Below are positions 35,107 through 46,300 of a stretch of DNA of 64,000 nucleotides, piece after piece; position 1 is the stretch's first letter, and each line of letters begins with the position of its first letter. Both the position numbers and the translations under genes were made by a program. This DNA comes from an uncultured delta proteobacterium (GTDB lineage Bacteria > Desulfobacterota > Desulfobacteria > Desulfobacterales > B30-G6). The notes under the pieces were generated by a model. The model saw only the letters and a program-made list of their open reading frames with translations. It ran no database searches and was not told the DNA's origin. The stretch is from the NCBI GenBank assembly GCA_963823335.1, contig CAWGLD010000001.1, forward strand, positions 1,568,001 to 1,632,000. The letters run 5' to 3'.

Positions 35107-37970
35107 GCCATTATTTCCTTGATTTTGATGGAGAGGTCTTTCATGCCGTATGGTTTTTGCAGGAAACCACGAAAGCCGCTGTCCATAATTTTTTTCCCTT
35201 GTTCGTCCAGGCTGTAGCCACTGGACAATATGGCCTTTATATTCGGATTGATTTTTTTCAAGCGGACAAAGACGTCCCCGCCGGTCATGCCGGGCATAAT
35301 CATATCCAGAATGACCAGGTCGATGTCATTCCTGTGTGCTGTGTAGGTGTTTATGGCATCTTGGCCGTTGTCAGCCGACAGAACCTCGTATCCCAGGGAT
35401 GTAAGCATTTCTGAACCGACCGTGAGCAGGCTGACCTCGTCATCCACCAGCAGTATGGTGCCCTTGCCGTGGTCGATAGACACGTGGGCTTCTTTGGCCT
35501 GGCTTGAAGTTTTTTCTGATGCCGGCAGATAGATTCTCACCCGGGTGCCCTTTCCCTCTTCCGATGTGACCGTTATATACCCCTTGTAGGACTGGACAAT
35601 GCCGTAAACAGATGCCAGTCCCAGGCCGGTGCCCTTGCCCATTTTTTTGGTTGTGAACAAGGGGTCGAACATGCGTTTTTTGGTTTCGGGACTCATGCCG
35701 ATGCCTGTATCCGAAACCTCGATGAGGATATACGTTCCGGGTTTGGGTCTGAAATTTTCTTCGAGAATCTCTTTGGCGGATTTTTGGGCCAGCTTGAGGT
35801 TCAGGCTGCCGCCTTTGGGCATGGCATCGGACGCATTCACGAACAGGTTGAATAGAACCTGTTCCAGTTGGGTACGATCCGCTTCAATGATCAGCTCGCC
35901 CTCTGGAAGGTCTAACTGCAGCGTGATCTCCTTGCGGGCTCTCCCAAAGGCCTGCGCACTTTCGTTTACCACCTTTGTCAGGTCGAGGGGTTTGACTTCA
36001 TAACTGCCTTTTCTGGCATAGCCGAGAAATTGACTTGTCAATTTGGCACCGCTGTCCACCTGCTGGTCGATATTCTGGATCCTGGCCATTATGGGGTGGT
36101 CGGCATCGAAATCCAGTCTCATCAGGGATAGATTTCCTTTGATAACGGCAAGGAGATTGTTGAAGTCGTGAGCGATGCCCCCCGCAAGCGTGCCGATGGC
36201 TTCCATTTTCTGCGCTTGAAGCAGCTGGGTTTCAAGACGCTTGTTCTCGGAGATATCCCTTATGATGAGAAGCAGCCCCAGGGGGGCGCCATTATGGTCG
36301 TCATGGCGGGACGCGCTGATGAGAACATCCAGAAGGTGACCTTCCTTGGTGTAGCCTTTCGATGCGAGTCCACGACGGGGTTTGCCGATTTCGGCAACCT
36401 CCCTGATCATCGAATGGCAGGTCTCGTATTCGGTCTCGGATATAAAGGCGAGTGGCGAATCCTGCAGCTCTGTGATGGACCACCCGAAAACATTTTCGAA
36501 TTCGGGGCTTATGTATTTGATGCGCCCGGCCAGGTCGCAGGTGGCAATGGCATCTGCCGATGAATGAATCAAAGAACGGTACAGGTGTTCGTCCCGTTTC
36601 GATTCCTTGTAGAGTTTTCTGAAATTCTTTTCGCTCTCCTGCAGTTTTTTAAAGGAATCGGCATTGGCGATTCCTGCCGCGATCTGGGATGCAATTCCAT
36701 TTAGAATAGCGATGTCACTCTTGGTCAGCGGTTTTTGAGAATTCCAGTTGTCCACGGCCAGAATACCGAAAGCCTTCTGGTTGTATACGAGGGGAACACA
36801 GATAAAGGAGGGGGATGCAATGGTTTCGGCAAAAATCTTGCTGCCCATGGAGAGCGAGGAGGTGATTTTATCGACGTCGTCCACGAGAAACGGCCGCTGT
36901 TCTTTTACAGCCTTTACAAACGGCCCCCTGGCCTTGGGGTTTTTCAAGTTGAAGCGGGCCTGCTTCAATATCGCTAACTGTTCTTGGGTATGTCCGTAGC
37001 TTTCCACATATTCCAGGGTACCGGTATCCTCTTGTATCAACATGATCATGGCCCTGTCAAAATTCAAGCGTTTTTGCATGATGGGTATGACCCTGTGGAT
37101 CAGTTGATTCGCATCCAGACTTACCGACGATTCAGATGAGATCTCCTGGATTACAGACATGTCGTTGTAGCGCGCATTGGCGGCGTTGAGGAGATCCTTG
37201 GCAGAATCTCCCTGGGATGTGATGGTTTTGGCCAACTCCCTGTTTCTCAAATGGGTGGCCTTGCAGTAGGCTAGGAGCGTCACCAGGCTGAAAGTCAAGA
37301 ACAGTATCAATGTGGGTGTCATCGAAAACACAAACCCGGAAACAGCGGTCAAGAACAGGGCCGCCAGAAGTGCATATTTGCTGATACGGGTCCATCGTGA
37401 CGACTGGGTTGTTTTCCACGATATGATATAAACACAGGCTTTGTCTCCCCGGTGATAGCATTGCGGATGCTTGATTGTGGCAAAATCGTCGGTAAAGAGT
37501 TTCGGCAAGGACTCAAACGTTCCCATACGGTTGGCACACTGATACGGCTTTTCCTCCACACCGCTGTTGGGGGTGGCTTTGAGTTGCACCTGGTTGGAAC
37601 GGAGGCTCTTCGCCTCGATGCGGGCACCGCGGCTCATGATGCGGTAGAGCTTGCCCGTGGCAAGGTATACCATGGTCGGGCTCATGAGTCCCATGGTGTA
37701 CTCTTTTACAGCGCCGATCTTTTTGGAGAGAATGGTATATCTGCCGGCGTCCCTGGCAAGATTCGGATTGCCGGTTTTTTCCACCAAAATTTCATGCAGC
37801 CGGTCAACCTGGTCCTGGGTCAACCAGTGAGCATGGTCTTCCACTTCATAGCTTTTGATCCCGGCATATTCGAGAAGGGGGGGGATTTCAAGATCAGGGT
37901 AATTGCTGGAAATATATTCCAGATAGGTATTCGAGATGCGGCTGTTGTAGAGGGGTGTGTTGTTGCCCAT
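35103..37970 (-). CDS. Hybrid histidine kinase (N-terminal V4R-like region, TM, GAF, PAS, HisKA, HATPase, REC)
   Basis: GGIAHDFNN, GTGLGL, LVDDE..LDMIMP; start at MGNNT avoids overlap with ahbA. Confidence 0.88.
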   Translation of the reverse strand: MGNNTPLYNSRISNTYLEYISSNYPDLEIPPLLEYAGIKSYEVEDHAHWLTQDQVDRLHEILVEKTGNPNLARDAGRYTILSKKIGAVKEYTMGLMSPTMVYLATGKLYRIMSRGARIEAKSLRSNQVQLKATPNSGVEEKPYQCANRMGTFESLPKLFTDDFATIKHPQCYHRGDKACVYIISWKTTQSSRWTRISKYALLAALFLTAVSGFVFSMTPTLILFLTFSLVTLLAYCKATHLRNRELAKTITSQGDSAKDLLNAANARYNDMSVIQEISSESSVSLDANQLIHRVIPIMQKRLNFDRAMIMLIQEDTGTLEYVESYGHTQEQLAILKQARFNLKNPKARGPFVKAVKEQRPFLVDDVDKITSSLSMGSKIFAETIASPSFICVPLVYNQKAFGILAVDNWNSQKPLTKSDIAILNGIASQIAAGIANADSFKKLQESEKNFRKLYKESKRDEHLYRSLIHSSADAIATCDLAGRIKYISPEFENVFGWSITELQDSPLAFISETEYETCHSMIREVAEIGKPRRGLASKGYTKEGHLLDVLISASRHDDHNGAPLGLLLIIRDISENKRLETQLLQAQKMEAIGTLAGGIAHDFNNLLAVIKGNLSLMRLDFDADHPIMARIQNIDQQVDSGAKLTSQFLGYARKGSYEVKPLDLTKVVNESAQAFGRARKEITLQLDLPEGELIIEADRTQLEQVLFNLFVNASDAMPKGGSLNLKLAQKSAKEILEENFRPKPGTYILIEVSDTGIGMSPETKKRMFDPLFTTKKMGKGTGLGLASVYGIVQSYKGYITVTSEEGKGTRVRIYLPASEKTSSQAKEAHVSIDHGKGTILLVDDEVSLLTVGSEMLTSLGYEVLSADNGQDAINTYTAHRNDIDLVILDMIMPGMTGGDVFVRLKKINPNIKAILSSGYSLDEQGKKIMDSGFRGFLQKPYGMKDLSIKIKEIMA

Positions 37971-37974
37971 TTTC

Positions 37975-38430
37975 CTATAGCTTGAAATGCGCTTTGATCT
38001 TGAAAACGCGCGTTGCCGGTAGATTGAGTATCTCTTCAACACCTGTTTCCTCGGCAATCCGTTCAAGATTGATGTGGATCTCTTCACGGGAGGGAGCGAT
38101 GAAGGTGAACCAGATATTGAAGTGGTTGTTGCGCTGGTAATTATGGGTCACACCCGGGTGTTGGTTGACGATTCGGGTGAAGTGCTGAATTTTATCCTCT
38201 GGCACGGATGCGGCACAGAGGGTGCTGACATAACCTAATTTTTCCGGGACAAAATTTCCACCAATCCGCCGTATGAGACCTTGTTTTCGCATTCTGGATA
38301 CCCGTTCCAGGACATCTGCTTCCTGCAGGTTGAGACTGTCGGCAACCACCCGGTAAGGACTGTGGGTAATGGGGAAGTCGGATTGTATTTGGTTCAGGAT
38401 TTTTTTGTCGATATCGTCAAGCAATGTCAT
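37975..38430 (-). CDS. ahbA: Siroheme decarboxylase alpha subunit (AhbA/NirD-like, Lrp fold)
   Basis: IQSDFP..PY, IRRIG, STLCAA, VTHNYQR, NIWFT. Confidence 0.8.
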   Translation of the reverse strand: MTLLDDIDKKILNQIQSDFPITHSPYRVVADSLNLQEADVLERVSRMRKQGLIRRIGGNFVPEKLGYVSTLCAASVPEDKIQHFTRIVNQHPGVTHNYQRNNHFNIWFTFIAPSREEIHINLERIAEETGVEEILNLPATRVFKIKAHFKL

Positions 38431-38643
38431 GCGGGGTAATCAATCCTTTATTGTTAAGCTATAAGCCATAAGCGGTAAGCTATGAGCTGCTCACGGCTTA
38501 TGGCTTATGGCTTAAACAGCACAAATCGCCATGGGATCACCCATTTCTCTCTATATAGGGTGAAACCCGAAAGTTGCGTTATCGCTTACAGCTATTAGCT
38601 AACCCTTTAACCCTCCAAACCTCAGACCCTTCAACCCTGGTTG

Positions 38644-39045
38644 TTAAGCCATCAGCCTGACATGCAGCTTCCGGGTTCGGGGTCCATCGAATTCACAGAA
38701 GAAAATTCCCTGCCACGTTCCCAGCACCAGCTGTCCGTTCTCAATGGCAATCATCTCTGAAGCGCCCACCAGGGTTGATTTGATATGTGCCGGTGAATTT
38801 CCTTCCAGGTGACGATAGCCTGCTTTCCAGGGAATGACCTGGTTGAGCACCATCAATATGTCTGAGGGGACACTGGGGTCGGCACTTTCGTTGATTGTCA
38901 CCGCGGCAGTTGTGTGGGGGACGTAAAGAAAACAGAATCCATCCTGGATATCATGGGATTGCAGCGCTGTCCTTACCTTGCTGGTAATATCGATGAGTTC
39001 TGTCTGCTGTTTTGTTTTAATGGTCAGGATCATTACATTTCCCAT
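38644..39045 (-). CDS. YjbQ/UPF0047 family protein
   Basis: HTTAAVTINE, NSPAHIK, LGTWQGIFFCEFDGPR. Confidence 0.9.
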   Translation of the reverse strand: MGNVMILTIKTKQQTELIDITSKVRTALQSHDIQDGFCFLYVPHTTAAVTINESADPSVPSDILMVLNQVIPWKAGYRHLEGNSPAHIKSTLVGASEMIAIENGQLVLGTWQGIFFCEFDGPRTRKLHVRLMA

Positions 39046-39081
39046 GAAATATCCGGACTGGCCGGTCCTGTGAACGGGTTC

Positions 39082-39116
39082 AAAAAAAAAGGCTCTGCAG
39101 GAGCTGCAGAGCCTTT
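39082..39116 (-). terminator. Intrinsic terminator of dsrC
   Basis: GGCTCTGCAG-N3-CTGCAGAGCC followed by T9 on the minus strand. Confidence 0.85.
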
Positions 39117-39158
39117 CTCATGAACGATTACAGTCAATCGATTTTACCTGTCAGGTGC

Positions 39159-39476
39159 TTATACACACCCGGTTGGTTTCGGAAGACCGGCCATCTTACA
39201 TGCTCCCTTGCCTGGTCCTGACGGGAAGAGCTCATAGATGTGTTTCAGTTTGAATCCAGTCACTTTTGAAAGAACACGAACCATCGGGGCAATTCCGTTT
39301 TTCTCATAGTATTCTCTGAGAACGGTGATAACCTTCTGGTGCTCATCATTCAATTCATCGATACCTTCTTCTTTCTTTACCAACTGAACCCATTCTTGAC
39401 TCCAGTTTTCATAGGAATCAATGAATCCATCTTCGTCAACACCAAATGTTTTACCCATAAATTCTACTTCCGGCAT
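39159..39476 (-). CDS. dsrC: DsrC sulfur carrier
   Basis: C-terminal LFPSGPGKGACKMAGLPKPTGCV (C-x10-C). Confidence 0.95.
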   Translation of the reverse strand: MPEVEFMGKTFGVDEDGFIDSYENWSQEWVQLVKKEEGIDELNDEHQKVITVLREYYEKNGIAPMVRVLSKVTGFKLKHIYELFPSGPGKGACKMAGLPKPTGCV

Positions 39477-39612
39477 TTAACAACCCTCCTTTATTTGATA
39501 ATAGATTTTCTTCTGCCAGGTCTTTTCGACCATAATATTTTTTAGGAAGAATATTTAATAAATGATAAGCGAATCATTGTCAACACGAAATATAGTGATG
39601 CCTATCCATAAG

Positions 39613-40467
39613 TTAATATTCTCTGGGTGTCTGATTGATCTGGTCCAGAGTAAACACGGGACCGTCCTTGCACACGAGTTCTTTCCCGATACCGCATCGG
39701 CCACACATACCGAAACCACATTTCATTCGATTCTCCAGGGACATGATGATGTGGTCATGGGCGTAACCTAACTTTTCGAGCACCGGCAGTGTGAATTTGA
39801 TCATGACCGGTGGACCACAGACAATTGCGTAGGTGTCGTCATCGCCCTGGGGTGCTTTCTGCTCCGTCACCGGGGGTGTGAAACCCACATTGTATTCCCA
39901 TCCTTCGGCAGGGGCATCTATGGTGAGATGCATGTTGATGTCATCCCGTTTTTCCCATTCGATCAGTTCATCTTTGTACAGCAGCATACCAGGTGTCCTG
40001 GCACCATAAACGACATCAATATTTCCGAATTTCGGTCGGTTATCGGGATTCAGCATGGTGACGATGGAAGAACGAAGGGTTGTAAATGCAAATCCGCCAC
40101 CGACGATCAGGATATTTTTCCCTTCCAACAGGTCCCAAGGATACCAGTTTCCCAGGGGACCGCGCAAGCCCATGATATCACCGACCTTCATGTTGTGAAG
40201 ATGCGACGTCACCACACCGGCTCTAAATACGGTGAATTTTACAAAACCCTTTTCAACTGGTGAAGAAGCGATGCCAATGGGGATTTCCCCGATACCTGCC
40301 ACGGAAAGTTCTGCAAATTGACCGGCATGGTAGGAAAATTTTTCTTCATCGCCGTCATTCAAAAATACAAACTTGAATGTTTTTAAGCTTTTATCTTCGG
40401 TCGCAATTGCTATGTCATCGATACGGACCGGATAAGGTACATATGGATTTTGCACGTGTTCCTCCAT
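39613..40467 (-). CDS. flxA: FlxA, FAD/NAD(P)-binding oxidoreductase subunit
   Basis: GQFAEL, RGPLGN, CGPPVM, MKCGFGMCGRC, CKDGPVF. Confidence 0.85.
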   Translation of the reverse strand: MEEHVQNPYVPYPVRIDDIAIATEDKSLKTFKFVFLNDGDEEKFSYHAGQFAELSVAGIGEIPIGIASSPVEKGFVKFTVFRAGVVTSHLHNMKVGDIMGLRGPLGNWYPWDLLEGKNILIVGGGFAFTTLRSSIVTMLNPDNRPKFGNIDVVYGARTPGMLLYKDELIEWEKRDDINMHLTIDAPAEGWEYNVGFTPPVTEQKAPQGDDDTYAIVCGPPVMIKFTLPVLEKLGYAHDHIIMSLENRMKCGFGMCGRCGIGKELVCKDGPVFTLDQINQTPREY

Positions 40468-40508
40468 CTATTGTAAGTATACGAAATTGCAAATTATCGA
40501 GATACTAA

Positions 40509-41573
40509 CTACTCCTGTACCGCACAGACCAGTTCATTCGCTCCATGATCGTTCATCAAAGCACAAACCCTTCGGATGTCGATGTTGACCGGACACTGGT
40601 TGACACACCGGCCGCAACCGACACACATGATGCCCTGGTCGTATTTGTCTACAAAATACTTCAATTTATGCATAAAGCGCTGGCGGACCCGCTGAAGTTT
40701 GGTGCTCCGGGGGTTATGCCCGGTGGTATGCAGGGTAAAGAGCGGGAACATACAGCTGTCCCAGTTCTTGAAGCGTTTCCCTGACTTACCGCGAATTTCG
40801 TCCTGAAGATCGAAGCACCAGCAGGTGGGACAGGCGTAGGTACAGGTGCCGCAGTTGAGACAGGCAAACGAAACCTCCTCCCAGAAAGAAGCCCCGTGCA
40901 GATCCAGGATGTCCTGACCTTTGAGATTGTCCGTTGCGATGGTGGATGTGATTTTAGCTTCCGCTGCTTTCTTTTTTGCATCGAAAAGCGTTGTGTCTTC
41001 ATCGACCGCGTCCAGGCCTGCAGCAGCCAGGAACTTTTCGCCTTTCTCCGTCAAAATTCTGATCAGATAGGTTTTTTCTTCGTCCACCAGGAGCAGATCG
41101 AGACCTTCCTCGTGGTAAGGGCCGCATCCTGCAGAGGTGCAGAAACAGGTGCTTTTTGGTGTATCACAGGCCAGGCCGATGAAGGTCGTATTTGCCAATG
41201 CTTTGACCCAATATGGATCCTTGTACTCGGGTGTATCGAAATTGAGGTTCACCAGGGTCACGGCTTTGGCGTCACAGGGTCGAATACCCAGAACCGCCCG
41301 GGGAGTCGTATCCGTCTCAATAGCTTTCATGACATGGTGATCTTCATCACGCGAATCAAGGGAATACTCGACAATGGCTTCGGATTGCGGGAAAAGGAGT
41401 GATTTGGGTGACAGGCGTGTGTTCAGAAACGAAAAATCGGGTTGTTCACCCTTTTTGAGCTCCTTGAAACGATAATAGGTATCTTCCTTGACCGGTCCCA
41501 ACAATCGGAAGGATTTTCTCAGCGTATCCAATCCTTTTGCCCACTGTTTTTTATCGACTTTCACTAATTTCAT
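40509..41573 (-). CDS. flxB: FlxB, 4Fe-4S protein (AsrA-like)
   Basis: GIRPCD, CLNCGTCTYACPTCWCF, CVGCGRCVNQCP. Confidence 0.8.
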   Translation of the reverse strand: MKLVKVDKKQWAKGLDTLRKSFRLLGPVKEDTYYRFKELKKGEQPDFSFLNTRLSPKSLLFPQSEAIVEYSLDSRDEDHHVMKAIETDTTPRAVLGIRPCDAKAVTLVNLNFDTPEYKDPYWVKALANTTFIGLACDTPKSTCFCTSAGCGPYHEEGLDLLLVDEEKTYLIRILTEKGEKFLAAAGLDAVDEDTTLFDAKKKAAEAKITSTIATDNLKGQDILDLHGASFWEEVSFACLNCGTCTYACPTCWCFDLQDEIRGKSGKRFKNWDSCMFPLFTLHTTGHNPRSTKLQRVRQRFMHKLKYFVDKYDQGIMCVGCGRCVNQCPVNIDIRRVCALMNDHGANELVCAVQE

Positions 41574-41696
41574 AATCAGTTGCCCTTAAATAGGTTTTTG
41601 ACTCGTATTCCAGCAGCTTTCTATCTGATGTTTAATCCGTTTTTCAAATCATAAGAGCCGCAAAGCGGCGTTCCATCATATCGTGAAACGAGATGA

Positions 41697-42644
41697 TCAC
41701 TTAACAAAATCATTCGGATCATTTGGCCGGTATGTATCGAGGGGGGGCCTTTCGTCAAGATTCATTCCGGCTTCCCACCCGAACTGTTCAAAACAGTCTT
41801 TTTCCAGTTTCTTGGTAAACACCCGCATGTTGATTCCCACCGGGCAGGCACGTTCGCATGCACCGCAATCGGTACACCGTCCGGCACAGTGAAATGCTCT
41901 GAGAAAATGAAATGTTCGCACATCCGTGGGGTCCTGTCCTTTGCCCACCCACTGGGGTTTGGCTTCATCCACGAAGCAAGTGGGACAATAGCAGAGGGGA
42001 CAGGCATTTCTGCAGGCATAGCAGCGGATGCAGGGTGACAGGAGCGATTCAAAATAATCCCATTTCTCCTGGGAAGCCATGGCTTCAATTTCTCGCACAT
42101 CCGCAAACCGGTCTACATCTTGTTGTTCCTCGACCTTTTCCGCCACGAGCTCGTCATATATGACGGGATTGCGGTGGGTACAGACCGCGCAGTTTTTCTG
42201 CAGAACGTCCAGCTTGTTCAGGGTTTTTTCCTTGCCGCCTGCCGTCACCAGGATTTTATCCCCATTTTCAGTCACATCCTGAATTTCATCCGCAAACAGG
42301 GTGGCAATTTTGTGCTTGTCGAGCATGCCCTTGCAGGGGACACCGATCACCACGAGTTGCTCCCGGCTGATTTTGTTTTCGATAATATGGGTTGCGATAT
42401 TTCTCGTGTCGCATCCCTTGGCGACAATACCGATTCTTTCTTTACGGTTGGTCAGGTAGTTGGCCAGGTTGATACCGCAGTTGCTGTCCCAGACAAACTG
42501 GGCGACATCCTCGGGTGTCCTGGCAAAGCAGGGCTCATTCATCATGGGCAGGGTTCCCTTGCGGAATCCGATCACCATCTCCACCGAACAGTCTTTTAAC
42601 AGACGTTCGGAGATTTCTTTAATTTTATCTATGTAATCTAACAT
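41697..42644 (-). CDS. flxC: FlxC, 4Fe-4S protein
   Basis: KGCD, CIRCYACRNACPLCYC, RCTDCGACERACP. Confidence 0.8.
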   Translation of the reverse strand: MLDYIDKIKEISERLLKDCSVEMVIGFRKGTLPMMNEPCFARTPEDVAQFVWDSNCGINLANYLTNRKERIGIVAKGCDTRNIATHIIENKISREQLVVIGVPCKGMLDKHKIATLFADEIQDVTENGDKILVTAGGKEKTLNKLDVLQKNCAVCTHRNPVIYDELVAEKVEEQQDVDRFADVREIEAMASQEKWDYFESLLSPCIRCYACRNACPLCYCPTCFVDEAKPQWVGKGQDPTDVRTFHFLRAFHCAGRCTDCGACERACPVGINMRVFTKKLEKDCFEQFGWEAGMNLDERPPLDTYRPNDPNDFVK

Positions 42645-42645
42645 G

Positions 42646-43077
42646 TTATGCTACCTTGGCGTCATCTTTTTTAAAGTGTTGTTGCGGTCCCAGGGCTTTA
42701 ACCTTTTCGGTCACCTCTTTGACCACCTTTACAAACTTGGTGGATTCAGCCGAGGAGATCCAGGAGAAATGGATACGATCAGACTCGATACCCATGTGTT
42801 CCATCAGGTTCATGAAAAGCGAAAATTTTCGACGAGCATAGTAATTACCTTCCAGGTAATGGCATTCGCCGGGATGTCACCCGGACACCCAGACGCCGTC
42901 GGCACCCTCGCGAAGTGCGGCCAGCGCAAACTTGGGACTCATTCTACCGGTACAGGGTATCCGGATGATCCGAATATTGGGGGGATACTCCATTCTGCCG
43001 ACACCGGCAAGGTCTGCGGCACCGTAACTGCACCAGGTACAAAGGAAACTGACAATCTTCGGTTCCCATTCAGACAT
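42646..43077 (-). CDS. flxD: FlxD/MvhD-like 2Fe-2S subunit with selenocysteine (TGA at 42877-42879), 143 aa
   Basis: [32 protein letters not shown]; frame open to TAA at 42646; hairpin ATTACCT-GGA-AGGTAAT after the TGA. Confidence 0.9.
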
Positions 43078-43381
43078 ATTTTTGTCTCCTCTCTCTATTG
43101 TGGTCTTGCTTACTATTGCATACAATAAGGATCGAACTTATAAATCTAATTTTTAGCCTTTTAGGGGTTTAGGCTGTAGACTATTAGGCGCCTTTTGCCC
43201 TGCGGGCGATATTTAGCTTTCAGCTGTCATTTGTCCTATCGGACGACATTAGCGCTTCGCGCGTCATTAATTGTTGCTTATAGCGGTATGCTATAAGCTA
43301 TAAACTGCTTACCGCTTAATGCTCATTTACTGTCAGCCACCCTCGACCCCTTGTATCCCCCTCCAACCCTCAAACCCTTCT

Positions 43382-46300
43382 TTACACTGCTTCATTCATC
43401 GCAAAAATCTGTGAAAAAATCTGATCGTTGTCAAAGCCTTTCAGCTTGATGGCACCGGACCGGCAGGAAGCGACACACAGGCCGCAGCCTTTACACAGAA
43501 CCGAATTGATCTTGGCCTTGCCGGAAAAAGGGTCACTTTCTCGTAAATGAAGGTGCGTTGATAAGGGCAGATGGATATGCAGACACCACAGGAACTGCAG
43601 TCCGCAGGAGATGTTGCCGCCACGGTTCCGCTGGTGAATATCGTCTGGCGGGAAAGCAGGGTAATTGCACGCGAAGCAGCGGCCTTTCCCTGAGCGATGG
43701 ACTCATCGATCGGTTTTGGGTAGTGGGCGAGCCCACACAGAAAAACACCATCAGTTGCAAATTCAGAGGGTCCCAGTTTGGCATGTTTTTCCACAAAGAA
43801 ACCATCGTCATTTAATGGCACCTTGAAAAACTGAGCCAGTGCTTCGTCTTTGTTGGGTATAACGGCGGATGCAAGAGAAAGCAGATCTGCTTCTATTTGT
43901 AGTGGACGACCCAGTACATGATCCGTGATTTTGACGATAACCCGGTTTTCATTTATGAGAACCTCAGGCTTTGTTTTCCAGGGTATAACGGATGAAAATA
44001 ACACCGGCTTCACGTGCTTTCTTGTAGAGGATCTCTCGTTCACCGTATGTCCGGATGTCCCGGTATAGGATATAGACACCCATTTCCGGGTTTAATTTTT
44101 TCAATTCCAAGGCATTGTCGATTGAATGCGTACAGCAGACACGTGAGCAGTAGAGGCGATCTGGCTCTCTGGATCCGACACACTGTATAAAAACCGCCGA
44201 AGTCAGATCTTTAAGCGAAGGATCACCATCAATCAGTTTTCTATCCAGCTCAAGACTGGTCAGAATTCGTTGATCTTTTCCATAAGAGTACTCATTCGGT
44301 TTCAGGGCGGTCGCACCGGTGGCCAGTACGCCACACCATGTTCCAGAACCGTTGTGGTATTGCCGGAGGTCAGCGTCGGTCTTGAAGTTGCCGACGAATC
44401 CATCCACAGTCGGCAGTTTCTGTGTTCAGGTGTACCTGGACATGGTCATCTTTTTCAATATCGGAAATGAGTGCGGTTAATTTTTCCTGTATAGACTCGC
44501 CTTTGGGTGTTTTAAACAGGCTGATGCGCCTGACCGCCCAGTCGGGGATTCTTTTCCACGATATGTGTTTCATATCCCTGCGGGCCAGAGTTTTGGCCGC
44601 GGCCATTCCCGCAATTCCACCACCGACGATGAGTGCAGTTTGGTTAACCTCTAGTTCGGCCTCTACGAGAGGTTCCATGAGAGCAACCTTGGAGACTGCC
44701 ATTCGAACCAGGTCCTTTGCCTTTTCCGTGGCCATATCAGGATTGTTTTTGTGAACCCAGGAGTTTTGATTGCGGATATTGCACATTTCAAACAGGTACT
44801 TGTTCAGCCCTGCATTGATCAGTGTTTCCTGGAAAAGCGGTTCGTGGGTCTTTGGGGTACATGCTGCGACTACGACCCGGTTTAGATTTTTCTCTTTGAT
44901 GATCTGGGATATGGTTTCCTGTGTGTCCTGGGAACACGAATACAGGTTGTCTGTAGCAAAATCTACATAAGGGAGTGATGCTGCATATTCGGCCACACCG
45001 GGCACATCAACGACACCGGCGATGTTGATACCGCATTTACATACAAAAACACCGATCCGGGGTCGTTCGCCAAATACATTTTTTTCTGGCAATATTTCCG
45101 GTGTCTGGGTAAGCGTATTCCTCACGGTCATCAGTTTTTCTCCAGCAGCAGCAGCGGCTGCACTGGCATCGATAACGGCCTGGGGAATGTCCTTTGGCCC
45201 TTGAAATGCGCCACAGACATAAATGCCTTCTTTAGATGTAAGGACGGGATCAAATGTCGAGGTTTTACAGAAGTTACCTTCGGTTAGTTCAATACCCAGT
45301 TTCTGCGCCAGGCTCACTATTTCAGGTGATGTCTCCAGACCGACCGAGAGAACGATCATGTTGAATATCTCTGATACGAGTTCTCCGTTTTCTGTAACGT
45401 ATCTGATCTCAAGGTCATCTGTATCCGGAATCGGGTTAACCGTGTGAACACGACTTCTGACAAACTTGACGCCATGTTTCGTTTTTGCATTTTCGTAAAA
45501 ACGCTCAAACTCCTTTCCGTGGGTTCGCATGTCCATGAAGAAGATGGAGCAATCCAGCTCGTCCCCGAGGTGCTCTTTTGCGATAACCGCCTCTTTGATG
45601 GCATACATGCAGCATACCGAAGAGCAATAGAAATTATCGCATCTATTCAGATCCCTTGAGCCGACGCACTGGAACCAGGCAATTCGTTTAGGTTCAGCCT
45701 TGTCTTTTGAACGTCTTGTGACATGTCCCATGGTGGGTCCGGACGCTGAAAGGATTCTTTCGAATTCCATGGAGGTAATAACATTCGGGAGATTGGCATA
45801 CTGATAGTTGTCAAAACGCGAAGGGTCGAAAGGGGTAAAACCAGGCGCAAGGATGACCGAGCCGACCTGGAGGGTCTGTTTTTCTTCCTTTTGATCGAAA
45901 TCGATTGCATCGGCTTCGCAGAATTTTTTACATGCGCCACACTTGCCTTTTTGCAGATAGATGCAGGAGTCGGGGTCAATGACATACTTTAATGGAACAG
46001 CCTGGGCATATTCAACATATGCTGATTTTCGCTTTGCCAGCCCCATGTTGTAGGTATCGATTATTTTTTTGGGACATTTTTCAGCACATATACCGCATGC
46101 GATACACTTGGATTCGTCAATGTATCTGGGTTGCTGGATGAGTTCGACTTTAAAATTGCCGACCTCTCCAGTAATTTCTTCAACTTTGCTGAGTGTCTTT
46201 ATTTCAATGTTTAAGTGCCGGCCGACCTCGACCAGTTTTGGTGAGATAATTCACATGGCACAATCATTGGTAGGAAAAGTTTTGTCCAATTGCGACATAG

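Noticed and set aside
37971-38087. N-terminal extension of the hybrid kinase given by the ORF track
   Set aside because: Overlaps ahbA; the ATG at 37970 just after the ahbA stop is more plausible
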